Shown: positions 34,438 through 45,105, counted from the stretch's first letter. The stretch: 64,000 bases of DNA from an uncultured Rivularia sp. (GCA_963665115.1 OY762007.1:6848001-6912000), one strand, 5' to 3'. The notes: a model not told the origin generated them from the sequence alone. Translations and numbers: made by a program.

Positions 34438-34971
34438 TTAATAACTCATAAAACCATTATGCTGTAAATATTTAATAACTTTACTGACACTTTCTTCAAT
34501 GGTTTCTTGATTGGTATTGCAAACTATTTCTGCATTTAAAGGAGATTCGTAAGGGTCATCGATACCCGTAAAACCTTTAATTTCTCCCGCTCTTGCTTTA
34601 GCGTACAATCCTTTAACATCTCTTGCTTCACACACTTCCAACGGTGTATTAATATAAACTTCTACAAAGTTATTAGTAATAGCTCGAATTTCACCTCTGA
34701 TTTGTCGATAAGGACTGATTGTAGCAACAATTGTTATAACTCCATTGCGACTAAGCAAGTTAGCTACAAATCCGACTCGACGTATATTTGTATCTCGGTC
34801 TTTTTTGCTGAAGCCCAATCCTTGAGATAGCCAAGTTCTAATTATATCTCCATCTAAAACTTCAACCAGACATTTGCTAGCCCTAAGTTTTTCTTCAATT
34901 CCTTTAGCAATAGTGCTTTTACCCGCACCACTAAGACCTGTCAGCCAAAGCGTTACACCTTTATTATTCAT
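34438..34971 (-). CDS. cysC: Adenylyl-sulfate kinase
   Basis: TGLSGAGKST, LDGD, LGFS..DR..N, ISPY, RDVKGLY, FTGIDDPYE. Confidence 0.96.
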   Translation of the reverse strand: MNNKGVTLWLTGLSGAGKSTIAKGIEEKLRASKCLVEVLDGDIIRTWLSQGLGFSKKDRDTNIRRVGFVANLLSRNGVITIVATISPYRQIRGEIRAITNNFVEVYINTPLEVCEARDVKGLYAKARAGEIKGFTGIDDPYESPLNAEIVCNTNQETIEESVSKVIKYLQHNGFMSY

Positions 34972-34993
34972 AAATAATCAGCTATCAGTAATT

Positions 34994-35112
34994 AAGGTTA
35001 AAGGTTAAAGGTTAAAGGTCAAAGGTTAAAGGTTAAAGGTCAAAGGTTAAAGGTTAAAGGTCAAAGGTCAAAGGTTAAAGGTCAAAGGTTAAAGGTTAAA
35101 GGTTGAAGGTTA
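34994..35112. repeat. STRR heptamer tract (AAGGTTA/AAGGTCA), about 17 copies
   Basis: Tandem 7-mers. Confidence 0.95.
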
Positions 35113-35148
35113 AAATTCTCCTTGTCTCCCCATCTCTCCCTCGACTCC

Positions 35149-36628
35149 TCAACCTAGCAATTCGACCATTTCGCGGACATTCCCTTTCACTCCACCAATT
35201 CCTTGAGAAAAATCTCGATCTTGTTTGCGGACAATCATTTTGATGCCGTTTTTGGGTGCCATGACTATATTGCCAGAACGGTTTATTGTTTGCTCAGTAA
35301 TATATTCTAAGCGGTATTTTTGCAATAACATTGATAATACAATTTTGATTTCCATCATTGCAAAACCTGCACCAATACAAATACGAGAACCAGCGCTAAA
35401 GGGGTTATATTCAAACATTGTTGGCTCAAATGTTTCCCATCTTTGAGGATTGAATTTCTCTGGTTGTGGGTAAATTTCTTTTAGATGATGAGTGTGGTAA
35501 ATGCTGACGAAAACTTCGGTTCCCTTGGGTAATTCATAACCTCCGAGTTCGGTTGCTTGGGAGGTGACGCGAGCATTCCAGGGTACTGGAGTTAATACAC
35601 GCATACTTTCTTTTATTACTCTTTCTAATAAAGGTAATTTTTGTAGTTGTTCTACCGTCGGGGCTTCTCCATTTAATACGCTTTGCAGTTCGTCCACTAC
35701 GTCTTGCGCCCAAAGGGGATGTTGCGATAAAAGAAATAGCGTCCAGGTGAGTGCATTGGCGCTGGTTTCATGTCCTGCGGCAAAAATAACTCCTGCGTGT
35801 CCCTAAGAGTTCATCTTCACTTAGAGTTAAACCTGTTTCTGCATCTCGCGCCCGAATTAGCATCGAAAGTACGTCACCATCATCTGCATTTTCAGCCTGT
35901 TTGCGGCGAATTAACTGACGCATTTCTTCATCAAGTTGCGCGAATAAGTTGAGTAAATGATGGAATGGAAGCCCCGGAATATCAAAAGGCAAAAGAGCGA
36001 TCGCCAAGTTTCCATTTATCCCCAATGCTTCTTGCAAAATCTGTCCGCTTTTAGCTCCTTGTTCGCCAACATCACTACCGAAAAAGGTTTTAGTCGCTAC
36101 TCGTAGGGTAAGAAGTCGCATCACTTGAGCAATATCAATTGGCTTATCTATCGTTAATTGCTCCAGTACCGATTGCGTAATAGCAACCATATCCGAGCGG
36201 TAAGAATCAATACGCTGCTTATGAAAAGCTGGCATCAGAAGTTGGCGATGTTGCCGATGAGTTGCGCCGTTTACACCAAATAAACCAACACCAAAATGCT
36301 TAAGAGGCTCGGTACGTTTTGAATCATTGTGTTTACTGTACATCATCCCGGACAACGGACATTTGTGATAAACTTCGTGCTGGCTGGTGACTTGACGTAC
36401 ATTTTCCGCACCACAAGTAAAAACTGTACCAGGACATTCCGTAAGCGGCGAGTATATATGAGTACCGCCACCAGCTACCATTGAAACCACCGAACCATAA
36501 GTATCAAATAAATGGCGGGTATATCCAATCGAATCCTTTGCAAAGCGTAAAATTGGGCCAAAACGTCCCAAAATTGTATTTGCAGATGGTCCAGGAACGT
36601 TTAATTTTGGTAGATAAGCGATAGTCAT
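35149..36628 (-). CDS. Cytochrome P450, split by a +1 frameshift near 35802
   Basis: Removing one G gives LLGHAGVIFAAGHET (I-helix); ExxR (ESMR); heme motif FSAGSRICIG. Confidence 0.92.
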
Positions 36629-36703
36629 TTAGAAAGATGGGGACGAGTTAGAGGGGGGAGAGGGGGGAGAATTTCTAATTCATAACTGATAACTGTTCAC
36701 TGT

Positions 36704-37051
36704 TCACTGTTTTCGCCAATTATTTTCGGCTTGGTTTAAAACGTAGCTGGATACGGCTTGTATTTCTGATTCGCTTAAACGATCTTTGTATGCCGACATA
36801 TTGTTTTTACCGTATGTGACAATATTAGAAATCGCTTCTACAGAATCCATTTTATATTTTTTTAAAGCTTTCATTTTCAGATTTTTACCGCGTCGAATTA
36901 TATTACCTCCATTAATATGACAACCCGCGCAATTTGCTGAAAAGATTTTTGCACCGTTGGCTCCATCTAGGGTATCTGCTAAAACTGGTTGTTGCAGGCA
37001 AATTATCAATAATAAAATTGTAAATAAGGCAAATTTAATCAAAGTTCTCAT
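36704..37051 (-). CDS. petJ: Cytochrome c6-family protein
   Basis: Signal peptide, GAKIFSANCAGCH, GKNNMSAY; exact c6 subclass uncertain. Confidence 0.8.
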   Translation of the reverse strand: MRTLIKFALFTILLLIICLQQPVLADTLDGANGAKIFSANCAGCHINGGNIIRRGKNLKMKALKKYKMDSVEAISNIVTYGKNNMSAYKDRLSESEIQAVSSYVLNQAENNWRKQ

Positions 37052-37308
37052 TTTGATAAATCTAAGTTTGGACTATGCTTAACTTTAGCATTTAATTAAT
37101 ATTTACCAATTATCACTTATTTTTATAAGCCAGGATATATCACTTCCCGATTTATAAATATCAGACATACATCTTATGGAATAGATATTTAATTTTCATC
37201 GCTATTTTCTATCTAAAGGATGTACCACTTTAATCAAATACTACGTCACTATATAGAGGCGACAATATGTCAATAACATTCTCTAAATTATTTACATAGG
37301 TATAGAAT

Positions 37309-38073
37309 ATGGCTGACAATATCAAAGATCAAATTAAAACAGACTTGCAACAAGTTAAGGAAACCGGACAGCAAAGAGTTGATAGGATTCGAGAAATTGT
37401 CAAACTTGCAGTTGGTGGAGTAGTCTCTGAGTTTAAAGAAGGTTCGGTTGAACTTCGAGTACTTGTTAAAGATGCTGTTTCTGCTGTAGCTGAAAACTTA
37501 CAAGGAAAGGGCAGCGAAATCAAAGAAGAAATTACTGCATCTATTGAAGGTGCTGTGGAAGCTGTTGATAGTAAGCGGCGAGAAGCTTTAAACAAAACTC
37601 AAACTGAAGTTAAACTATTACAAGCTCAAATTGATGACGAAGAAGATAAAATTCAGCAAGAAGTTGATGGTATTTTGACAGAAATTCAAGATACAAGTCA
37701 AGAAAAATCTACTGAAGCTCAAACTGCAATAAAATCTGCTGTTGAATCTATTAAAAACAGCGAAGAAGCATCTTTATTAAAGAAACGCTACGCTCAGTTG
37801 CAAGCACAATTAGCTATTGTCAGAGCGAATTTAGCAGCACGTTACGGTGGTGATGGCGATAACGTGCAAATTTTTCTGAACGATGCTAAAACCTGGTACG
37901 AAAAATCTCGTCCTCAAGGGGAAGAAATCGTTATTCAGGTAAAAGATAAGCATTCTGACGTGGAAACAAAACTTGCTGAAGCAGGTAGTTCATTAGCTAA
38001 AAAAGAAAGTCAGCTAAAACAAAAATTAAGAGAGTTGCTTTTATCAACTGCTGACTGGTTGAAAGAGAAATAA
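37309..38073 (+). CDS. Hypothetical helical/coiled-coil protein
   Basis: 254 aa amphipathic helical ORF. Confidence 0.8.
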   Translation: MADNIKDQIKTDLQQVKETGQQRVDRIREIVKLAVGGVVSEFKEGSVELRVLVKDAVSAVAENLQGKGSEIKEEITASIEGAVEAVDSKRREALNKTQTEVKLLQAQIDDEEDKIQQEVDGILTEIQDTSQEKSTEAQTAIKSAVESIKNSEEASLLKKRYAQLQAQLAIVRANLAARYGGDGDNVQIFLNDAKTWYEKSRPQGEEIVIQVKDKHSDVETKLAEAGSSLAKKESQLKQKLRELLLSTADWLKEK

Positions 38074-38123
38074 ATTAACAAATAGCTAATGAATAGTTGT
38101 TGTTCAATTTAGTATGAAAATTA

Positions 38124-38405
38124 ATGTAGAGACGTTGCATTGCAACGTCTTTTTGATGTTTTGGATTAACAAATCAATTTAATATTAAAGCCCACGCAGG
38201 TGGGCTTTGTAATTGTAGCGATTCCCTTCTAGGGTATTGCTATAGATTAGTTAGTGACGCACTTAATTTGTATAGTACTAGCGGGCAAGATGCCCGCACT
38301 ACAATAACTCTAACTCTGTCCCTTATTCAATCTAGCTACACATCAGCTTACCAGGGAGCGAGACGCTCCCACTACAATATGTTTTTCAGCATCTGGAATG
38401 CTCCC
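38124..38405. repeat. Cluster of several REP-like palindromes
   Basis: GTAGAGACGTTGCATTGCAACGTCT; AAAGCCCACGCAGGTGGGCTTT; GCGGGCAAGATGCCCGCACTAC; GGGAGCGAGACGCTCCCACTAC. Confidence 0.8.
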
Positions 38406-38605
38406 CAATAAATCAATTTTATAAATTAAATTAACAATTTAAAAATAGACTAATCACAAAAACCCAGTATTTTCATTTTCAAGATACCGGGTTTCTAATC
38501 TACTATATTCACATTTTCAATCCAAAATCTAAAATCCAAAACTAAAAGGGTGGACAATTAGCCACCCCCCAATATCCTATATCAGATGTTTGCTCGTATA
38601 GAGCA

Positions 38606-38776
38606 TTATACTCCTCGTTCCAATTCATTATGCTTGGTAATTGCCCATAAAGCGTGGATACTTCCGGGAAGCCATCCTAACAAGGTTAATCCAATATTAA
38701 TAAATAAAGTAGGACCAATTCCATAAGTTAAGAAAATACCAACGGGGGGTACGAGTAAACCAAGTAAAAGTTTCAT
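38606..38776 (-). CDS. YqaE/Pmp3 family small membrane protein (56 aa)
   Basis: MKLLLGLLVPPVGIFL...INIGLTLLGWLPGSIHALW; not in the ORF track. Confidence 0.93.
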   Translation of the reverse strand: MKLLLGLLVPPVGIFLTYGIGPTLFINIGLTLLGWLPGSIHALWAITKHNELERGV

Positions 38777-38884
38777 AGTTTTTTGACCTTTTTAATTACA
38801 GTTGATTGAAGTGATTTGAGACAAACCAAAATTTACGATTCTATCTGAAGATATATTTTGGTTTATTGTTGGAAATTCTATTAA

Positions 38885-39277
38885 TTAGTTAGAAGGTAAT
38901 TCTGCGTTATTGTTTGCTTTACCAGCGAGCAAATTCTTTTCTCCCATATAATTGCTAATGAAGGTATTAGCAAAAGACATAACTACAGGAGCTAGGAAGA
39001 AAGCGATAATTCCGTTAACTGCGAATCCAGGGGTTACGGCAGCAGCTAACCAGAAGCAAAGTCCGTTAACTACAAGCGAAAATGCTCCCAATGTTAACAA
39101 GTTAATTGGCAAGGAAAGGGTTGAGATAATAGGCTTGATTGAGCCATTTACTAAACCAATTACCAAGCCAGCAATCATAGCTGATGGGAAGTTAGCTAGG
39201 TTTACACCTGGAACTACTATGTCTACTATTAGCAAACTTAATGCAGTTGCTAATGTTGTTAAAAATATGCTTAACAT
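38885..39277 (-). CDS. Phage-holin-like 4-TM membrane protein (YvlD/DUF360 type)
   Basis: GLVNGSIKPI..LSLPINLLTLGAFSLVVNG motif. Confidence 0.88.
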   Translation of the reverse strand: MLSIFLTTLATALSLLIVDIVVPGVNLANFPSAMIAGLVIGLVNGSIKPIISTLSLPINLLTLGAFSLVVNGLCFWLAAAVTPGFAVNGIIAFFLAPVVMSFANTFISNYMGEKNLLAGKANNNAELPSN

Positions 39278-39528
39278 AATCTCTACCTAAAACAAAAATC
39301 GTTTTATTGAACTCTTATATATATAGTGAACAATTATGCTGAAGCAAACCTCCATAACAAGATAGATTTGGTTTATATCGAAAGGTAGGGAATAAAGAAT
39401 GGGGAATAGGGAATAGGGAATAGGGCATTGGGAATCGGGAACATTCAAATTAATGAAACAACTATAAATTCCTAATTCTTAACTTTTAATTTTTAAGTTT
39501 TGTATATTAAATTGCCAATTTATTATTT

Positions 39529-39858
39529 TTATGAATCAGATTTAAAGTACAGTGAAGAGTTGTATAAAATTTGTTCTTGATGAGTTTGTAAGGTGCAATC
39601 GGATAAGGGATAGGCTACGCAGGTGATGGTGTAACCAGCTTCAATTTCTTTATTTTGAAGAAATGTTTGCTCGCTTTGGTCAACTTGTCCACTGACTATT
39701 TTTGCTACGCAAGCAGAGCAGTTTCCTTGTTTGCACCCGAAGGGTAAGCGGATATTTTCGTCTTCGGCTATATCTAATATATATTCGCTGTCGGGTACTT
39801 CGATGGTGCTGTCTAACCCGATATCTTGGTTAATTAATCGTACTTTGTAATTTGACAT
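39529..39858 (-). CDS. Plant-type 2Fe-2S ferredoxin
   Basis: LPFGCKQGNCSAC...TCVAYP; VDQSEQTFL. Confidence 0.93.
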   Translation of the reverse strand: MSNYKVRLINQDIGLDSTIEVPDSEYILDIAEDENIRLPFGCKQGNCSACVAKIVSGQVDQSEQTFLQNKEIEAGYTITCVAYPLSDCTLQTHQEQILYNSSLYFKSDS

Positions 39859-39946
39859 TTACAATTTTGGATTTTGAATTTTGGTTCGTAGTAAGGACTT
39901 TAGTCCTTGAATTAAGAGCTAAAGCTCTTACTACGAACCTTTTTTA

Positions 39947-40963
39947 TTACTTACCGACAATCTCTGCAACTTTGTCAGCCATCGATTTATCTAGACGAGC
40001 GCCGTGAACTTGTACGATGCAAGAAGCGAGATAATTTCCCCAACGTGCTGACTGTTGAGCGTTCAAACCATTGGTTAATCCGTACAACACACCACCTGCA
40101 AAAGAATCTCCCGCACCAACTGTATCAATAGCTTTAACTGGAAATCCGGGTACGCTTACAACTTTTTTGTTTTCTACTACCAGACAGCCATTAGCACTAT
40201 CGGTAATAAATCCGGTGTCAACGATTTCGCCGAGTTTGCTGGCACAATCTTCTAAAGATTCGCTGCCGAAGAAATTACGAACTTCATCAGCGTTGCAAAA
40301 TACTACGTCGCAGTATTCGGAAACTAACTTGTGAAAATCATCGCTGAAGCGACTTACCAAAAATAAATCGGAAAAAGTATAAGCAACTTTTACACCCAAA
40401 CGCTTGGATTGCTCCATAGTTTCAACGCTGGCTTTCTTGGGATCTGGTGCATCCCAAAGATAACCTTCGACATAGCTATATTGACATTGAGCTAACTTAT
40501 CAACGTTAATATCGCTAGGAGCCAAATTGGTGGAAACTCCCAAATGAGTACACATAGTACGTTCAGCATCGGGAGTAGTTAAAACCAAACAGGTGCCCGT
40601 GGGGCCATGATTTTCTTCGGTGGGGTGAACATCAAACCCAATTCCAGCTTCAATTAAATCCTCACGATAAAACTCACCATTCGTATCGCCAGAAACCTTA
40701 CCAGAATAAAAACCCTTACCACCACTTTGCGCGATCGCAATCATTGTATTAGCAGCAGAACCTCCGGAACTTAATTCCAGGGAATGGTGTTTCAACTCCC
40801 GCAATAAATGACCTTGTTTTTCGGCATCCATAAGAGTCATGCCGCCCTTACTCAAGTCATTTTTCTTCACGAAATCATCTTCTACCATTGCCAAGATGTC
40901 CACCATAGCGTTACCCACGCCAAAAACATCCACTGACTTAGAATTGTTTTGTCCTGCTGTCAT
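39947..40963 (-). CDS. PfkB/adenosine kinase family carbohydrate kinase
   Basis: GNAMVD, GGSAAN, CNADE, DTVGAGDSFAGG. Confidence 0.93.
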   Translation of the reverse strand: MTAGQNNSKSVDVFGVGNAMVDILAMVEDDFVKKNDLSKGGMTLMDAEKQGHLLRELKHHSLELSSGGSAANTMIAIAQSGGKGFYSGKVSGDTNGEFYREDLIEAGIGFDVHPTEENHGPTGTCLVLTTPDAERTMCTHLGVSTNLAPSDINVDKLAQCQYSYVEGYLWDAPDPKKASVETMEQSKRLGVKVAYTFSDLFLVSRFSDDFHKLVSEYCDVVFCNADEVRNFFGSESLEDCASKLGEIVDTGFITDSANGCLVVENKKVVSVPGFPVKAIDTVGAGDSFAGGVLYGLTNGLNAQQSARWGNYLASCIVQVHGARLDKSMADKVAEIVGK

Positions 40964-41070
40964 GCTGATTTATGTTTATGTTAAAGCTGCAATTTTAGTT
41001 TAGGGTAATCCGTGGAATTAATATAGTTGTGGTGGGGGAATTTGATGGTGCAACAAAATTAAATGATTTT

Positions 41071-41330
41071 TGTAGGGTGCTGTGACGGCTAAAGTAATTT
41101 ATCGAGCATAACGAAATAATTTACGGATGCCGTCACGCACCATCTTTATTAGATATTCGTAAAAATAATCATATCCGCCGGGGAATGCAATTAAGAGTCT
41201 AATAGCGAAAGTTCATTGAAATGGATTAAGAAGATTATGAGTATTAATTTGAATTTTTTAATCGTTTATTCGTAAGTTGTAAGATATAAAAAAGCATAAA
41301 TAAGGACGGGCTGGAAGCCCATCCCACAAG
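41071..41330. repeat. REP-like cluster upstream of pentapeptide gene
   Basis: GTAGGGTGCTGTGACGG-loop-CCGTCACGCACCAT (41072-41143); GGACGGGCTGGAAGCCCATCCCACAAG ends 4 nt before the ATG. Confidence 0.85.
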
Positions 41331-41334
41331 AGGT

Positions 41335-41712
41335 ATGGAAAGGAATAAAATTACAGTTGAAGAATTGTTAGAGCGTTATGCTGCTGGGAAGCGAGATTTT
41401 AGTGGGGTTAACTTGAGTGGAGTTGATTTAAGTGAAACTGATTTGCTCCGTATCAATTTAAGTGGTGCAAATTTAAGTGGAGCCAATTTCGCCAACGCAA
41501 GACTTTATGGTGCTGATATGCGAAAATGCAACCTGAGCGGAGCCGATTTGAGGAATGTAGATTTACGTGTCAGCAGATTGGAAGAAGTTAACTTTCAAGG
41601 TGCCAATCTGCAAGGTGCTAACTGGCGGAATGCTGAACGATTTGGTGCTTTTTTTCATAACACTACTATGCCAGACGGAAAAATTATTGCTGAACCTAAC
41701 CGCTATGAGTGA
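41335..41712 (+). CDS. Small pentapeptide-repeat protein
   Basis: EELLERYAAGKRDF head, ANLSG repeats, FHNTTMPDG tail; same module type as 9842-10789. Confidence 0.9.
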   Translation: MERNKITVEELLERYAAGKRDFSGVNLSGVDLSETDLLRINLSGANLSGANFANARLYGADMRKCNLSGADLRNVDLRVSRLEEVNFQGANLQGANWRNAERFGAFFHNTTMPDGKIIAEPNRYE

Positions 41713-41751
41713 ATTACTTTGTCACTCGACTAAAACAAAACAATATCCTTA

Positions 41752-42303
41752 AATCCCACCTTGAAATCAATTTCAAGGCTAATAAACAAAGTACGTTAAA
41801 ACACACTAAAAATCTGATTTAGTCGTCTTTAGACGACTTTGGCTATTAGCCTGGGAATTTATTCCAAGGCGATATTATGTTAAAACAAACCAATCTCATT
41901 TCTTCTCAAATCAAAATCTAGGAAAAAACCCAAAAACTCCGCGTTCCTTTGCGTTTACCAATAGTTCCTTTGCGTTAAAAAACATATTATTTCAATACCA
42001 AAATGTTGGGTTACGGCGTATTCTCAATATCCCATCAAGCACAAAGATACAGCACTTTGCAAATAAGTGAGGTACAGCCTCATATTACAAAACTCTTGTG
42101 GGATGGGCATCCCTGCCCGTCCGAATGTACCTTACAAAGATGAAATATGCTGTATTTACGCCTTTAATCCAACCTACCGCTATATTTTCGTTGGTAATTT
42201 AAATACGGGGAGACGTAGCAATGCTACGTCTCTACATTAGTAATTCGTTTGTTGCACCATATTCGGCTCCCTCTCCTTCACAAGGAGAGGGCTGGGGTGA
42301 GGT
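41752..42303. repeat. Dense cluster of nested palindromic repeats and MITE-like elements
   Basis: AGTCGTCTTTAGACGACT unit; R-type arms at about 42005 and 42155-42177 enclosing TACAGCA...TGCTGTA; GAGACGTAGCAATGCTACGTCTCTAC; CCCTCTCCTTCACAAGGAGAGGG. Confidence 0.85.
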
Positions 42304-44466
42304 TTACTGACTAACTGCTTTCATCGATAAACCAATCCGCTTCAATTTCTGATTAACTTCCAAAACCTTCACCTTCACAACTTCCCCAACTTTAACTATC
42401 TCTTTTGGATCTTTCACAAATTGATTTGCTAATTGAGATATATGCACCAATCCGTCTTGATGCACTCCCACATCTACAAAAGCACCAAAATTCGCAACGT
42501 TTGTCACAACTCCTTCTAATACCATTCCTTCTTCTAAATCGGAAATTTCATTAACTCCTTCTTTAAAGGTGGCATATTTGAATTCAGCCCGTGGATCTCT
42601 TCCGGGTTTTTCTAATTCGCCGATAATATCTCTTAATGTTGGTTCCCCAACTTTATCTGTAACGTACTTTTTCAAATCGGCTTTTTTAAGACTTTCGGCG
42701 ATTTGTGTAACTTGTTTTAATTCTACTTTCAAGTCAGTTGCAATATTCTTAATTACAGCATAACTTTCTGGATGCACTGCGGTATTATCTAAAGGATTTT
42801 CACCACCGCGAATTCTTAAGAATCCTGCTGCTTGCTCGTATGCTTTTGGCCCTAATTTGGCAACTTTTAACAGTTGACGGCGATTTTTGAAGGCTCCGTT
42901 TTCGTTGCGATATTGAACTATATTATTAGCAACGGTGGATGAAATTCCGGAAACGGATGTTAATAATTCCTTGGATGCTGTATTTAAGTCAACTCCAACG
43001 TAGTTAACGCAGCTTTCTACGGTTTCATCTAATTTCTTTTTGAGTAATTTTTGATCTACGTCGTGTTGATATTGTCCCACACCGATGGATTTGGGGTCAA
43101 TTTTGACTAATTCGGCTAAAGGATCTTGTAAGCGACGACCTATACTTATTGCTCCCCGCACGGTAATATCTAAGTCGGGAAATTCTTCAATGGCTACTTT
43201 ACTAGCTGAATATATCGATGCACCGGATTCGTTTACCATGACTTTGACTGGTTTGAGTTGCATTTTTTGCAAAACTTCGGCAACAAATTCGTCGGTTTCC
43301 CTAGAAGCTGTACCGTTACCAATGGCTATTAATCCAACTTTATATTTTTCCATCAGATTTTGCAGGGTTTTGGCGGCTTCGCTGCGTTTTCCGGATCCGG
43401 TATGGGGAAAAACTGCTTGATACTCTAGAAACTTTCCGGTTTCGTCTAATATGGCCACCTTACAACCAGTTCTAAATCCTGGATCGATGGCGATCGCCGG
43501 TTTCATTCCTGCTGGTGCTGACAGTAATAAGTTGCGTAAGTTGGTTTCAAAGGTTTTGATTGATTCAATATCTGCATATTCTTTTTTCTCGGATATGACT
43601 TCATTTGTCAGCGAGTTTTTCATCAAGCGGTTAAATGCATCTTTAAGCATCTGCTGATAAAATTTGCGAATTTCTGGCTGTCTGCTACGAATTTCTTCGG
43701 ATTCTAAATATTCAAGTACGTAATCTTCATCAAAAGTAATTTCGTAACTTAATATCTTTTCCTTTTCTCCCCGACACAAAGCCAACATATTATGAGGTGC
43801 AATATTGCAAACTCTCATTTGATAATCGCGGTACATTTCATATTTTGTTGTACCTTCGGGATGTTCGTCTTTAATGCTGGAAACAAATACCCCTTCTTCT
43901 AACAGTAATTCGCGCAAATATGCCCTCAATTTAGCTTTTTCCGCCGTTTCTTCCGCTAAAATATCGCTGGCACCTTTGAGCGCTTCTTCTGCTGTTTTGA
44001 CTTCTTTTTCGGTACTTATATACTTAGCTGTTTCTGCATTCAAGTCACCAGAAGCAGCATTTTTCACATTCACCGACTTAATAAACTCAGCTAACTCCAG
44101 CAGTCCCTTTTCCTTGGCAATAGTAGCGCGAGTGCGACGTTTGGGACGATAAGGTAAATATAAATCTTCCAATTCTGTTTTTTGCAAACATAATTCGATT
44201 TGCTTTTTTAACTCGTCACTGAGTTTACCTTGTTCCTCAATAGCATTTAAAATGACCGATTTTCTATCTTCTAATTCTGTAAGATAAGTGAACCTATCCG
44301 ACAAATCGCGCAACTGGGTTTCATTCATCTCCCCAGTACGCTCCTTACGGTAGCGTGCGACAAACGGGATAGTTGCACCTTCAGCAAATAATTCCAGTGC
44401 GTTTTGTACCTGAAAAGGTTTGAGATTGAGTTCGGTGGCTAACAATTGGGGAATATTCAACATCAT
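42304..44466 (-). CDS. tex: Tex family RNA-binding transcriptional accessory protein
   Basis: GATIPFVARYRKERTG, DPGFRTGCK, GNGTASRET, ESGASIYSAS, HhH repeats and C-terminal S1 (NFGAFVDVGVHQDGLVHIS). Confidence 0.95.
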   Translation of the reverse strand: MMLNIPQLLATELNLKPFQVQNALELFAEGATIPFVARYRKERTGEMNETQLRDLSDRFTYLTELEDRKSVILNAIEEQGKLSDELKKQIELCLQKTELEDLYLPYRPKRRTRATIAKEKGLLELAEFIKSVNVKNAASGDLNAETAKYISTEKEVKTAEEALKGASDILAEETAEKAKLRAYLRELLLEEGVFVSSIKDEHPEGTTKYEMYRDYQMRVCNIAPHNMLALCRGEKEKILSYEITFDEDYVLEYLESEEIRSRQPEIRKFYQQMLKDAFNRLMKNSLTNEVISEKKEYADIESIKTFETNLRNLLLSAPAGMKPAIAIDPGFRTGCKVAILDETGKFLEYQAVFPHTGSGKRSEAAKTLQNLMEKYKVGLIAIGNGTASRETDEFVAEVLQKMQLKPVKVMVNESGASIYSASKVAIEEFPDLDITVRGAISIGRRLQDPLAELVKIDPKSIGVGQYQHDVDQKLLKKKLDETVESCVNYVGVDLNTASKELLTSVSGISSTVANNIVQYRNENGAFKNRRQLLKVAKLGPKAYEQAAGFLRIRGGENPLDNTAVHPESYAVIKNIATDLKVELKQVTQIAESLKKADLKKYVTDKVGEPTLRDIIGELEKPGRDPRAEFKYATFKEGVNEISDLEEGMVLEGVVTNVANFGAFVDVGVHQDGLVHISQLANQFVKDPKEIVKVGEVVKVKVLEVNQKLKRIGLSMKAVSQ

Positions 44467-44639
44467 CCTGCGATTCTTAAAGCAACACTACATAAAAGGT
44501 AATTTTACGCCCTATATTATTTTAAGGAGCGCTCGTATATAGTGATAAGCTAATATACGCGCACCATAAGAAAATATTCGGATTGTTTATCCGACAAGCT
44601 GTTTGTATAGGCAGGATGTTGTAACAAAAAGCTGCAAGG

Positions 44640-44655
44640 TGTAATATTAGTTACA
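44640..44655. promoter_or_regulatory. Putative NtcA binding site TGTA-N8-TACA
   Basis: TGTAATATTAGTTACA in the divergent tex / small-ORF intergenic region; TATCAT at 44675 is 20 nt downstream, slightly shorter than the usual ~22. Confidence 0.5.
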
Positions 44656-44723
44656 TAAGCTTCTGTCGCAGTCTTATCATATTTGTATAAAAGCAAATGC
44701 TTTGAATTCGGAGTTGAGAGAAG

Positions 44724-44975
44724 ATGCCTTTGTTTTTTCTACTTCCACTTTCTATCTGTGTAATTACTGGCTATATCTATAATAGGTGTAGCGATGAAGT
44801 GGGGTACCTGTCAGGTTTGTTCGCCATTATTAGTTTTGTTTTGAGCTTAATTTTAGCACCTTGGGAAATCCAAGTTTTGCTATTAGTGGCAATGTTAGTG
44901 ACTACTAAGAAATTGTTGCAGCGAAACGAATATAAACTTAAGAAAGGGAATAGAGATTTAGGAGTTAGGAGTTAG
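44724..44975 (+). CDS. Hypothetical small membrane protein
   Basis: 83 aa, hydrophobic, LILAPWEIQ motif; last codons run into an STRR tract. Confidence 0.75.
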   Translation: MPLFFLLPLSICVITGYIYNRCSDEVGYLSGLFAIISFVLSLILAPWEIQVLLLVAMLVTTKKLLQRNEYKLKKGNRDLGVRS

Positions 44976-45105
44976 GAATTAGGAATCAGGAGTAGGGAAT
45001 TAGTAATTACCTATTCCCTATTCTCTTAGAGATCGTTGACATAAAATAAAAAATAATAATTAAGTTTTTCTAATATCAAATATACCCAATTACTTTAAAT
45101 AAAAA

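Noticed and set aside
38885..39277. Holin-like gene as a sign of prophage
   Set aside because: This membrane family is normally chromosomal, and no phage genes are nearby.
37165..39390. Loose ATCTnnnGGnnG-like motif upstream of the 254-aa and holin-like genes
   Set aside because: Too degenerate to support by eye; would need motif-enrichment statistics.
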